A DNA stretch of 64,000 nucleotides. It comes from Minisyncoccota bacterium (lineage in GTDB: Bacteria > Patescibacteriota > Minisyncoccia > Moranbacterales > UBA2206). Below are positions 26,001-33,229 of the stretch, in pieces. Each line of letters opens with the position of its first letter. Within the stretch, counting starts at the first letter, position 1. The notes under the pieces were generated by a model, which was given only the letters and a program-made list of their open reading frames with translations, searched no databases and was not told the origin of the DNA. The DNA lies in NCBI GenBank assembly GCA_031291955.1, contig JARLIA010000005.1, forward strand, positions 74,034 through 138,033. Direction: 5' to 3'. The translations under genes were made by a program, and so were the position numbers.

Positions 26001-26062
26001 TGGCGAAATATCATAAGGAAAGCTGGACGGGAAAGTATCTGAGAGATGTATTGAAAAAGTAG
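23015..26062 (+). CDS. uvrA: excinuclease ABC subunit A (1015 aa, with several in-frame insertions)
   Basis: Two ABC ATPase modules ([18 protein letters not shown]), LSGGEAQR signatures and zinc modules CxxC. Confidence 0.95.
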   Translation: MDKIIIKGAREHNLKNVDLELPRNKFIVFTGISGSGKSTMAFDTIFAEGQRRYLESLSSYARQFLGQMNKPDVDYIEGLSPAISIDQKAASHNPRSTVGTVTEIHDYLRLLYAKIGRPHCPICSREITKLSTDEIVDRILEMCAAKPHPPRSTGAPSPYKGEGDNGRGCSIEILSPVVRQRKGEYSTMLAEMFRRGFSRAYVNGEKYELSAKIGDELELARYKKHNIDIVVDEVEISSDNISRIFEGVEKALKLSDGLVKIRSEIRNTKSETMSKSKIKNSKQNNTEIVFNQKLSCPIHEIEFPELEPRLFSFNSPFGACPACEGLGTKKEIDPALVAPDKNKTIAEGGIFPWSYKRNNWQGSVLRAVCNHFHIKDNVRLRDLSEDDLNILMFGGPDATDMIDKEEAEEIPVTLKSKTGSSWKYYMTWRGAVGYLQDRYFKTDSDAVRADIEKYMSQNPCSVCHGARYKKEVLLVTVGESRPQRFANASVSLRSDAGGKNIVEVSNVSVAETLKFFERLELNKNEQIIAGRILKEIINRLGFLENVGLGYLTLARSAATLAGGEAQRIRLASQIGSGLTGVLYILDEPSVGLHSRDNTKLLETLFHLRDLGNTLIVVEHDEETMREADYLVDIGPGAGKLGGKIVAHGTPVEVIRDKKSLTAAYLRGDAKIEMPKFRRPVKNKKTIVVRGAREHNLKNITVEFPLKVLTCVTGVSGSGKSTLVEDILYKALASKIMRTLDRPGKHSEIVGTQYVNKVIMIDQSPIGRTPRSNPATYTGLFTPIRELFSQTRDAKSKGYGPGRFSFNIRGGRCDNCQGDGQLKIEMQFMPDVYLPCDVCHGKRYNSETLKVKYKDKNISEVLDMTVSEGREFFENFPAIHDKLAVLEDVGLGYIQLGQSATTLSGGEAQRIKLATELARRATGDTLYILDEPTTGLHFDDIKKLLNVLNRLVDAGNTVVVIEHNLDVVKTADWIIDLGPEGGEGGGKIIVTGPPEEVAKYHKESWTGKYLRDVLKK
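23461..23502 (+). repeat. in-frame double hairpin inside uvrA
   Basis: GCCCCGG-AGTA-CTGGGGC (23461-23478) and CCTTCTCCTT-ATA-AAGGAGAAGG (23480-23502). Confidence 0.85.
24452..24509 (+). repeat. in-frame 58-nt long hairpin inside uvrA
   Basis: Outer stem TCCCGCCCGC/GCGGGCGGGA (10 bp). Inner stem GCTA(A)CGCAAG/CTTGCGTAGC. Confidence 0.85.
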
Positions 26063-26067
26063 AAATT

Positions 26068-27327
26068 ATGACGACCATCCTCCAAAAGCTGAAAAACCTG
26101 CCTCAATCACCGGGGGTGTATATTTTCTATGATAAAAATAGAAATATTTTGTACGTGGGAAAAGCGACGTCGCTTAAAGATAGGGTTGGTTCGTATTTTC
26201 AGAATAAGATTGGGGCGGTGCGGACGATTGAGATGTATATGAATGAAGTGACGGATCTGGAGATCAAGAAAACCGACACGGTTTTGGAAGCGTATATTTT
26301 GGAACAATCTTTGATCAAAAAACTTCAGCCGAAATATAACGCGATGGGGAAAGACGATAAGTCATTTACGTACGTACTTCTTTCTAAGGAAGAATTTCCG
26401 AGATTCGCGGTGGTACGGGAAACTGATTTGGATAGTGTAAAATCATCGCCCCGTGGGGGGCAAAAATCTTTGCCCCCCACGGCGAAGGTTTATGGTCCGT
26501 ATACGTCGAAACGGCAAATTGAGGCGGCCTTGAAAATCTTACGGAAAATTTTTCCCTATCACAACCGGCCGGAACATTCGGAGTCCCGGTGTTTTGATTA
26601 TCATCTTGGGCTTTGCCCCGGACCGTATGACGGGAAGATTTCCAAAAAAGAATACGTCAAAAATATCCGGGCGATAAAAATGATCTTGGAAGGGAAGAAG
26701 AAAGGACTTATAAACCGGATGAAAAAAGAGATGGAAGAATGTTCAGACAAGGCTGAATTTGAAAAGGCGGCGGAGGTGCGGAACAGGATTTTTGCGTTGC
26801 AACACATCCAGGACGTGGCGCTGATATCTGATCATAGAGACGCAATTAATCGCGTCTCTGTGGACGACGCAATGATGCGCATCGAAGGTTATGATATTTC
26901 CAATATTTCCGGGAAATTTGCGACTGGTTCGATGGTGGTGTTTGATAATTCAGACGGTGAAATGCAGCCGAATAAATCGCAATATCGTAAATTCAAAATC
27001 AAAAATGTTGAAGGCGCCAATGACGTGGGGGCAATGGAAGAAATGCTTACCAGGAGATTTCGGAACAATTGGCCGCGGCCGAATTTGATTTTGCTCGACG
27101 GCGGAGCCGGGCATTTGAATATGGCGCGGAAAGTCCTGCGGAATCACAAAATAGAAATTCCCTTGCTGGCGGTGGCCAAAGGGCCGGCGCGGAAAAAACT
27201 GGATCTGCGAAGTTTCGGGACCGTGCCGGAACTGCCAAAAAATATCATCGAACAAGTGAGAAACGAAGCGCATCGCTTCGCGATCAGTTATCATAGGAAA
27301 TTGAGAGGTAAATCGTTCACGGATTAA
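26068..27327 (+). CDS. uvrC: excinuclease ABC subunit C, compact form (419 aa)
   Basis: GIY-YIG (GVYIFYDKNRNILYVGKA), UVR domain (AEFEKAAEVRNRIFALQ), endonuclease domain (RIEGYDISN...EAHRFAISYHR). Ends right after that motif. Confidence 0.9.
   Translation: MTTILQKLKNLPQSPGVYIFYDKNRNILYVGKATSLKDRVGSYFQNKIGAVRTIEMYMNEVTDLEIKKTDTVLEAYILEQSLIKKLQPKYNAMGKDDKSFTYVLLSKEEFPRFAVVRETDLDSVKSSPRGGQKSLPPTAKVYGPYTSKRQIEAALKILRKIFPYHNRPEHSESRCFDYHLGLCPGPYDGKISKKEYVKNIRAIKMILEGKKKGLINRMKKEMEECSDKAEFEKAAEVRNRIFALQHIQDVALISDHRDAINRVSVDDAMMRIEGYDISNISGKFATGSMVVFDNSDGEMQPNKSQYRKFKIKNVEGANDVGAMEEMLTRRFRNNWPRPNLILLDGGAGHLNMARKVLRNHKIEIPLLAVAKGPARKKLDLRSFGTVPELPKNIIEQVRNEAHRFAISYHRKLRGKSFTD
26447..26484 (+). repeat. 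in-frame hairpin inside uvrC
   Basis: CCGTGGGGGGCAAA-AATC-TTTGCCCCCCACGG, a perfect 14-bp stem (26451-26482). Confidence 0.9.
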
Positions 27328-27407
27328 GCCTTGAAGTGGCCAATGCTTTGACATCTCTTGCCAAATCCTCTACAATACATCTCTAGTAAGCAATCTTCTT
27401 TCAAACT

Positions 27408-30221
27408 ATGCCCACTCAAAAATCTTCTCCTAAAAATACTTTCTCACTGAAGGATAAAATCGTCATCCGTGGCGCGCGGGTGAATAATTTGAAGAACATC
27501 GACGTGGACATTCCGCGGGATAAATTGGTCGTAGTGACAGGTCTTTCCGGGTCGGGGAAATCTTCTTTGGCTTTTGACGTGGTCTACGCCGAAGGCAATC
27601 GGCGGTATCTGGAAGGCATGTCGAGCTACGCCCGGCAGTTTTTGGATGTTTCGGCTAAACCGGACGTGGACAAAATAGAGAATTTGAGCCCGACCATCTC
27701 AATTGATCAAAAAAGCTTGAGTCGTTCACCTCGCTCGACGGTCGGGACGCTCACGGAAATTTACGATTATTTGCGAGTGCTCTACGCCAAAGTGGGAACG
27801 CCCTATTGTCCTCATTGTCTCTTGCCGATGGGGCGCAAAAAGAACCAGGAAATTTTGGAGGAAATTTTGGTTTTGCCGGAAAATACCCAAGTGGCGGTCC
27901 TGGCTCGGATAAAAAATGAAGGTCAGAGTGTTAAGGATATTCTCAAAAACATCAGTCAGCTTGGTTATGCCCGGGCGCGGGTTGGCGGTAAAATCGTCTT
28001 GATTGCCGACGCCTTGCTTTTTCCGGAAGAAAACTTGAGCGGCAACGTCGAAATCGTGGTTGACCGGATCAATCTCAAGAAAAAAAATCCCGATCACGAA
28101 CGGATGTTGGATTCTATTGAGACTGCTTTTAAATTGGGGAAAGGTTTTATGGCGGTCGCAATCGATAATGGTGAGAGCCGGATTTATAATCAAAATTTTG
28201 TTTGCAGCAACTGCTATTTCAAAATTTCGGAAATCACGCCCAAGAATTTTTCTTTCAACAGTCCCGAAGGCGCCTGCGAACATTGCGCGGGAATGGGTAC
28301 TATCCAGGAAGTGGACGAGGATCTGATCATTCCTAACAGAAATCTCACTTTGGCCGAAGGAGCTATTATGCCGCTCGCCAAGTCCGGCGGCCGGGCTGGG
28401 TATCTCGATACTCTCACCAAGATCGGCGAGAAAGCGGGTTTTTCCGTGAATGAACCGGCGCGGAACATTTCCAAGGAAAATTTGAAAGTTATTTTTCATG
28501 GTTTTGGTGTGCCTGGTACTCCTGGTTATTTTGAGGGAGTGGTGCCGATGATTCGAAAAAAATATACCGAAGCGGCCACTCAGACGGCCCGGACCGACAT
28601 CGAAAAATATATGCTGGAAAAAGATTGTCCCGAGTGTGGAGGCAAGCGTTTGAAAAAAGAATATTTATCCGTCTTGATGAGCGGGAAATCGATCGACGAT
28701 TTGGTCCGGATGGATATCGATACTCTCATTTTATTTTTAGAAAATTTACGGACTGCCGATTTGAGTGCCGCCAAAGCGGAAATCGTGGCGCCATTGGCAA
28801 AAGAAATGATCGCCAAAGCCAAGGCGCTCAAGAACGTCGGCTTGGAATATCTGTCACTTTCCCGCCGGGCCGATTCCATTTCCGGCGGCGAAGGTCAGCG
28901 CATCCGGCTCGCAACTCAAATTGGATCGGAACTTTCCGGTATTATCTATGTTCTGGACGAACCGTCTATCGGTCTCCATTCCCGAGACAATGAAAAGTTG
29001 ATCGACACGATGGAAAAGCTGAAAGAGAACGGCAATTCTCTGATCGTGGTCGAGCATGACAAAGACATTATCGAGTGCGCCGATTGGGTGATCGACATGG
29101 GTCCCGGGGCAGGGGAGTTCGGCGGGGAAGTTATCTTTTCCGGTTCGGTGAAAAAAATGGAGAGCGTCGCGACATCCACTGCCAAGTTCCTTTCCGGCCG
29201 GGAAAAAGTAACGGTTAAGAAGAAACCGCGAACGGCATCGAAGAACTTTTTGGAAATCCTGGGTGCCGCAGAACACAATTTGAAAAATATCGACGTCCGG
29301 ATTCCACTCGGCCGTTTTGTTGCCGTCTCGGGCGTGTCCGGTTCGGGGAAATCCACTTTGGTAACCGACATTCTGGCTCGAGAGCTGGCCCGGCATTTTT
29401 GGAAGGCTAAGAAAAATCCCGGAAAGCATGATAAAATCACTGGTCTTAACCGCTTGGATAAAGTGATTAATATCGATCAATCGCCGATCGGCCGGACGCC
29501 GCGTTCCAATGCCGCCACCTACACCGGTGTCTTTTCACTTATTCGGGAACTTTTCTCCGCCACCGAAGAGGCGAAAAAACGGGGCTACGATGCCAGTCGC
29601 TTCAGTTTTAATGTCCGGGGCGGCCGTTGCGAAGATTGCCAAGGCGACGGAACAAAAAAGATCGAGATGCATCTTTTGCCGGATATGTATGTCAAATGCG
29701 AAACTTGCCAGGGAACGCGCTATAACGCCAAGACGCTTGATATTGAATATCAGGGTGCTACCGTCGCCCAGGTGCTGGATATGAGTGTTTCCTACGCGCT
29801 TCGCTTTTTCCATAAATCGCCGCTTATCGCGGCTAAACTGAAAACGCTGGAAGAAGTCGGCCTGGGCTACATCAAACTGGGACAGAGCGCCACAAATCTT
29901 TCCGGCGGAGAAGCGCAGCGGATAAAATTGGCTACCGAGCTCGCCCGGAAATCGACCGGCAAGACTTTGTATATTTTAGATGAACCGACCATCGGGTTGC
30001 ACTTTGAAGATGTGCGGAAATTGCTTCAGGTGCTGGACGCGCTGGTCGAAAAAGGCAACACTGTTCTTGTGGTGGAACATAATTTGGACGTCATCAAGAA
30101 CGCCGACTGGGTGATTGATCTCGGGCCGGAAGGCGGAAACGGGGGCGGCGAAATTGTTTACGCCGGCGAACCGAAGGGGCTGAAGAAAGCGAAGAGGAGT
30201 TGGACAGGAAAATATCTGTAA
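27408..30221 (+). CDS. uvrA: excinuclease ABC subunit A, second paralog (937 aa, no obvious insertions)
   Basis: Same domain order as 23015..26062: [23 protein letters not shown] signatures and zinc modules. Confidence 0.93.
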   Translation: MPTQKSSPKNTFSLKDKIVIRGARVNNLKNIDVDIPRDKLVVVTGLSGSGKSSLAFDVVYAEGNRRYLEGMSSYARQFLDVSAKPDVDKIENLSPTISIDQKSLSRSPRSTVGTLTEIYDYLRVLYAKVGTPYCPHCLLPMGRKKNQEILEEILVLPENTQVAVLARIKNEGQSVKDILKNISQLGYARARVGGKIVLIADALLFPEENLSGNVEIVVDRINLKKKNPDHERMLDSIETAFKLGKGFMAVAIDNGESRIYNQNFVCSNCYFKISEITPKNFSFNSPEGACEHCAGMGTIQEVDEDLIIPNRNLTLAEGAIMPLAKSGGRAGYLDTLTKIGEKAGFSVNEPARNISKENLKVIFHGFGVPGTPGYFEGVVPMIRKKYTEAATQTARTDIEKYMLEKDCPECGGKRLKKEYLSVLMSGKSIDDLVRMDIDTLILFLENLRTADLSAAKAEIVAPLAKEMIAKAKALKNVGLEYLSLSRRADSISGGEGQRIRLATQIGSELSGIIYVLDEPSIGLHSRDNEKLIDTMEKLKENGNSLIVVEHDKDIIECADWVIDMGPGAGEFGGEVIFSGSVKKMESVATSTAKFLSGREKVTVKKKPRTASKNFLEILGAAEHNLKNIDVRIPLGRFVAVSGVSGSGKSTLVTDILARELARHFWKAKKNPGKHDKITGLNRLDKVINIDQSPIGRTPRSNAATYTGVFSLIRELFSATEEAKKRGYDASRFSFNVRGGRCEDCQGDGTKKIEMHLLPDMYVKCETCQGTRYNAKTLDIEYQGATVAQVLDMSVSYALRFFHKSPLIAAKLKTLEEVGLGYIKLGQSATNLSGGEAQRIKLATELARKSTGKTLYILDEPTIGLHFEDVRKLLQVLDALVEKGNTVLVVEHNLDVIKNADWVIDLGPEGGNGGGEIVYAGEPKGLKKAKRSWTGKYL

Positions 30222-30360
30222 AAAATTTTCAATTTTCAATTTTCAATTTACAATCAATTTTCAATGATTCAATTTTCAATTCAGAAGACGATGCGGACTT
30301 GAAAATTGATAATTATTTGAGTTGATCATTCATTGATGATTGATTATTGTAAATTGATAA
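30222..30360. repeat. AT-rich word-stutter imperfect palindrome (TTTTCAA words), copy 1
   Basis: TTTTCAATTTTCAATTTTCAATTT at 30226-30249 is identical to 56742-56765. The right half carries complementary TTGA-type words (AAAATTGATAATT...). Confidence 0.8.
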
Positions 30361-30363
30361 TTG

Positions 30364-31326
30364 ATGACCAATGGATTATCAAAAAAAATTCTCGCTACTA
30401 TTATTTATTACGATATTTTAGATTATCCGCTCACTTCCTTTGAAGTCTGGAAGTATCTTCTGGCAGTGAACGGTGAGCAGGAATCAGTGAATAATAAAAA
30501 GGAGAAAATGAGTTTGGCTGAGGTCATGAAAGAGTTGGAAAGTGAAGACTTGCAAAAACATACTGAGGAATATCGCGGATTCTATTTTTTAAAAGGAAGA
30601 AGAGATCTTGTTGCCCAAAGACTGGAGCGGAACAAAATTTCCGAGCGGAAGCTTAAAAAAATACAGCAGACGGTTTTTTGGCTGCGAATGGCGCCGTTTG
30701 TCCGGATGGCGGCGGTCACGGGACGAGTGGCCATGAAGAACGCCACTAGAAAAAGCGATCTGGATCTTCTGATCGCGCTTAAAAACAATCGCATTTTTAC
30801 CGGGCGACTGCTGGTTACGCTTCTGGTGCATGCTTTGGGTCGGCGGCGTCATGGAAGCAAAATGACTGATCGGATCTGCCTCAACTATTTTATTACCGAT
30901 GGTTCGCTTGAAATCGGATCGCACGATATTTTTTCCGCTCACGAATATTCTTTCACCGTGCCGGTCTTTGGCGGCGAAGTTTTTCAGGAGTTTCAAAAAG
31001 AGAACAGCTGGATCGCGGAACATAAACCCGCTTTCGCGCCGGACGTGGTTTTGGGGATAAAAATTTTGGAAGATACTTCTTGGGTTAGGGCGGTCAGGGA
31101 GTTTGGGGAAAAAATATTCAACTCTGACAAACTGGAGGCGCGCCTCAAAAAATGGCAGATGGACCGGATTGTCGCTGACCCGCGGACTTATCAAAAAGGG
31201 AGCGGGGTGACGGCTGGTAGCGACGCGTTGGTTTTTCTGCCCGATCCGCAGGGACCGCGGGTTTATGAAAAATATCGTGAGAGGGTTGACGCTTTGGCGG
31301 AATCAGCTACAATATATAGTGGTTAG
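30364..31326 (+). CDS. hypothetical protein with nucleotidyltransferase-fold-like core
   Basis: GRVAMKNATRKSDLDLLI resembles the G-x-x...D-x-D NTase motif. ATG at 30364 preferred over the TTG at 30361. Confidence 0.5.
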   Translation: MTNGLSKKILATIIYYDILDYPLTSFEVWKYLLAVNGEQESVNNKKEKMSLAEVMKELESEDLQKHTEEYRGFYFLKGRRDLVAQRLERNKISERKLKKIQQTVFWLRMAPFVRMAAVTGRVAMKNATRKSDLDLLIALKNNRIFTGRLLVTLLVHALGRRRHGSKMTDRICLNYFITDGSLEIGSHDIFSAHEYSFTVPVFGGEVFQEFQKENSWIAEHKPAFAPDVVLGIKILEDTSWVRAVREFGEKIFNSDKLEARLKKWQMDRIVADPRTYQKGSGVTAGSDALVFLPDPQGPRVYEKYRERVDALAESATIYSG

Positions 31327-31349
31327 CACTCTTCGAGCGCGACTGCTAA
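31323..31349 (+). promoter_or_regulatory. CIRCE operator (HrcA binding site)
   Basis: TTAGCACTC-N9-GACTGCTAA, one mismatch to the consensus TTAGCACTC-N9-GAGTGCTAA. Overlaps the stop codon of the upstream gene, 87 nt upstream of groEL. Confidence 0.8.
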
Positions 31350-31354
31350 CGGTT

Positions 31355-31428
31355 CATGTAAACATATTAACATTTAAACATATTAACATGTTAAAAAAGT
31401 CTTTTGTTAACATGCTAATATGCTAACA
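31355..31428. repeat. TTAACAT-word repeat block, copy a
   Basis: TTAACATTTAAACAT at 31367-31381 is identical to 44326-44340. Confidence 0.75.
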
Positions 31429-31435
31429 GGCGAAC

Positions 31436-33073
31436 ATGAGTAAAATAATCAAGTACGACGAAGAAGCCCGGGAAAAAATCAAGGCCGGCATCGATGCTGT
31501 AGCCGACGCGGTAAAAATCACGCTTGGGCCGCGAGGACGGAATGTTCTTTTGGATAAGGGTTTTGGAACGCCGATTGTCACCAATGACGGCGTTTCTATA
31601 GCCAAGGAAATCGAACTGGAAGACAAGTTTGAGAATATGGGAGCGGAACTTATCAAAGAAGTAGCCAATAAGACCAATGATGTGGCTGGTGACGGAACAA
31701 CAACTGCGACGGTCCTTACCCAAGCTATTATCGCGGAAGGTCTGAAACTGATGGCGGCCGGTATGAATCCAATTATGGTACGCCAGGGAATCGAAGAAGC
31801 CAAAAATGAAATAATAAAAGAACTCAAGAATAATTCCAAGGCTGTCTCCGGGCGTGAAGAGATTGCACAGGTAGCCACCATCTCGGCCGAAAATCCAGAA
31901 ATGGGTAAAATGATTGCCGACGTGATGGCTGAGACCGGACGGGACGGCGTCATTACTGTTGAAGAATCACAGACCTTCGGGTTGTCCAGGGAAATCGTAG
32001 AGGGGACCAGTTTTGACAAAGGCTACATTTCTCACTATATGATGACCGACAGCGAATCTTTGAAAGCGGAATTGAAAGATCCGTATATCATCATCACTGA
32101 CAAGAAAATTTCCAGCATTCAGGACATCCTGCCGCTTCTGGAAAAGATCGCGGCCTCCGGGAAAAAGGAAATTGTCATCATTGCCGATGACGTGGAAGGG
32201 GAGGCGCTGACGACCTTGGTGTTGAATAAATTGCGAGGTATTTTGAATGTTTTAGCGGTCAAAGCCCCCGAATTCGGCGACACCAAAAAGGAAATGTTGG
32301 AAGATATTGCTATTCTCACCGGCGGGAAAGTAATTACTGAAGAGCGCGGAATGAAAATTGAAAACGCCACACTCTCTGACCTTGGCCAAGCGACTAAAGT
32401 TATTGCTACAAAGGACTTGACCACTGTTGTCAGCGGAAAAGGCAAGAAGAAAGAAATTGAAGCGCGTATCTTGCAACTCAAAACTCGGATCGAAAAATCG
32501 GACAGCAAGTATGACAAGGAAAAACTGCAAAAGCGTTTGGCGAAAATTTCCGGCGGCGTAGCGGTCATTAAAGTCGGGGCGGCCACCGAAACAGAACTGA
32601 CTTATATGAAACACAAAATGGAAGACGCGCTGGCAGCGACGCGCGCGGCTTACGCCGAAGGGGTGGTGGCCGGCGGCGGGACGGCTCTTTTCAAAGCGGC
32701 GGTCGCGGTCGCCAGCAAAATGGAAAACAGCCGGAAAAGCGACGAATACAAAGCTGGCTTTGCCATCCTGGTGAGAGCTTTGGAAGAACCGCTTCGCCAG
32801 ATTGCCAAAAATGGCGGGAAAAAAGATCCGGGCGTAGTGGCCAATGAAGTTTCTAAAAATAAAGGCAAGAACTATGGCTACAATGCTCGAGAAGATCAAT
32901 ATGTTGAAGATATGATAAAGGCTGGTATTATTGATCCGCTGAAAGTGACGCGGACGGCGCTTGAAAACGCGGTGAGCGTGGCAGCTATTCTACTCACCAC
33001 CGAAGCAGCTGTGGCCGAAAAGCCGGCGGAAAAACACGAGTCAGGCATGCCATCGATGCCGATGGGAATGTAA
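31436..33073 (+). CDS. groL: chaperonin GroEL
   Basis: Full-length Cpn60 (DGTTTATVL, VAGGGTAL, Met/Gly-rich tail MPSMPMGM). Confidence 0.96.
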   Translation: MSKIIKYDEEAREKIKAGIDAVADAVKITLGPRGRNVLLDKGFGTPIVTNDGVSIAKEIELEDKFENMGAELIKEVANKTNDVAGDGTTTATVLTQAIIAEGLKLMAAGMNPIMVRQGIEEAKNEIIKELKNNSKAVSGREEIAQVATISAENPEMGKMIADVMAETGRDGVITVEESQTFGLSREIVEGTSFDKGYISHYMMTDSESLKAELKDPYIIITDKKISSIQDILPLLEKIAASGKKEIVIIADDVEGEALTTLVLNKLRGILNVLAVKAPEFGDTKKEMLEDIAILTGGKVITEERGMKIENATLSDLGQATKVIATKDLTTVVSGKGKKKEIEARILQLKTRIEKSDSKYDKEKLQKRLAKISGGVAVIKVGAATETELTYMKHKMEDALAATRAAYAEGVVAGGGTALFKAAVAVASKMENSRKSDEYKAGFAILVRALEEPLRQIAKNGGKKDPGVVANEVSKNKGKNYGYNAREDQYVEDMIKAGIIDPLKVTRTALENAVSVAAILLTTEAAVAEKPAEKHESGMPSMPMGM

Positions 33074-33105
33074 GAAAGAAAAATTAAACACGGATTTAAT
33101 TTTGC

Positions 33106-33135
33106 AAAACCCCGTTTAGGCGGGGTTTTTGATTT
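33106..33135 (+). terminator. rho-independent terminator of groEL
   Basis: AAAACCCCG-TTTAGG-CGGGGTTTT followed by a T tract. Confidence 0.75.
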
Positions 33136-33145
33136 TTAAAATTGG

Positions 33146-33157
33146 CTGTGGATAACT
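33146..33157 (-). promoter_or_regulatory. 12-mer AGTTATCCACAG in inverse orientation
   Basis: The plus strand reads CTGTGGATAACT. Sits between the groEL terminator and the promoter of the 33230 gene. Confidence 0.55.
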
Positions 33158-33229
33158 TTTTTTGGCAAGATATGACAAAACTGAATTTTTGTTATATAAT
33201 TCAAGCAATAAAAAATAAAATAAAAAACA

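Noticed and set aside
20076-33157. Perfect DnaA boxes, considered as evidence for a replication origin.
   Set aside because: The boxes are single and spread over 13 kb rather than clustered. They are embedded in a longer conserved 12-mer next to promoters. No dnaA/dnaN genes or AT-rich unwinding element are adjacent.
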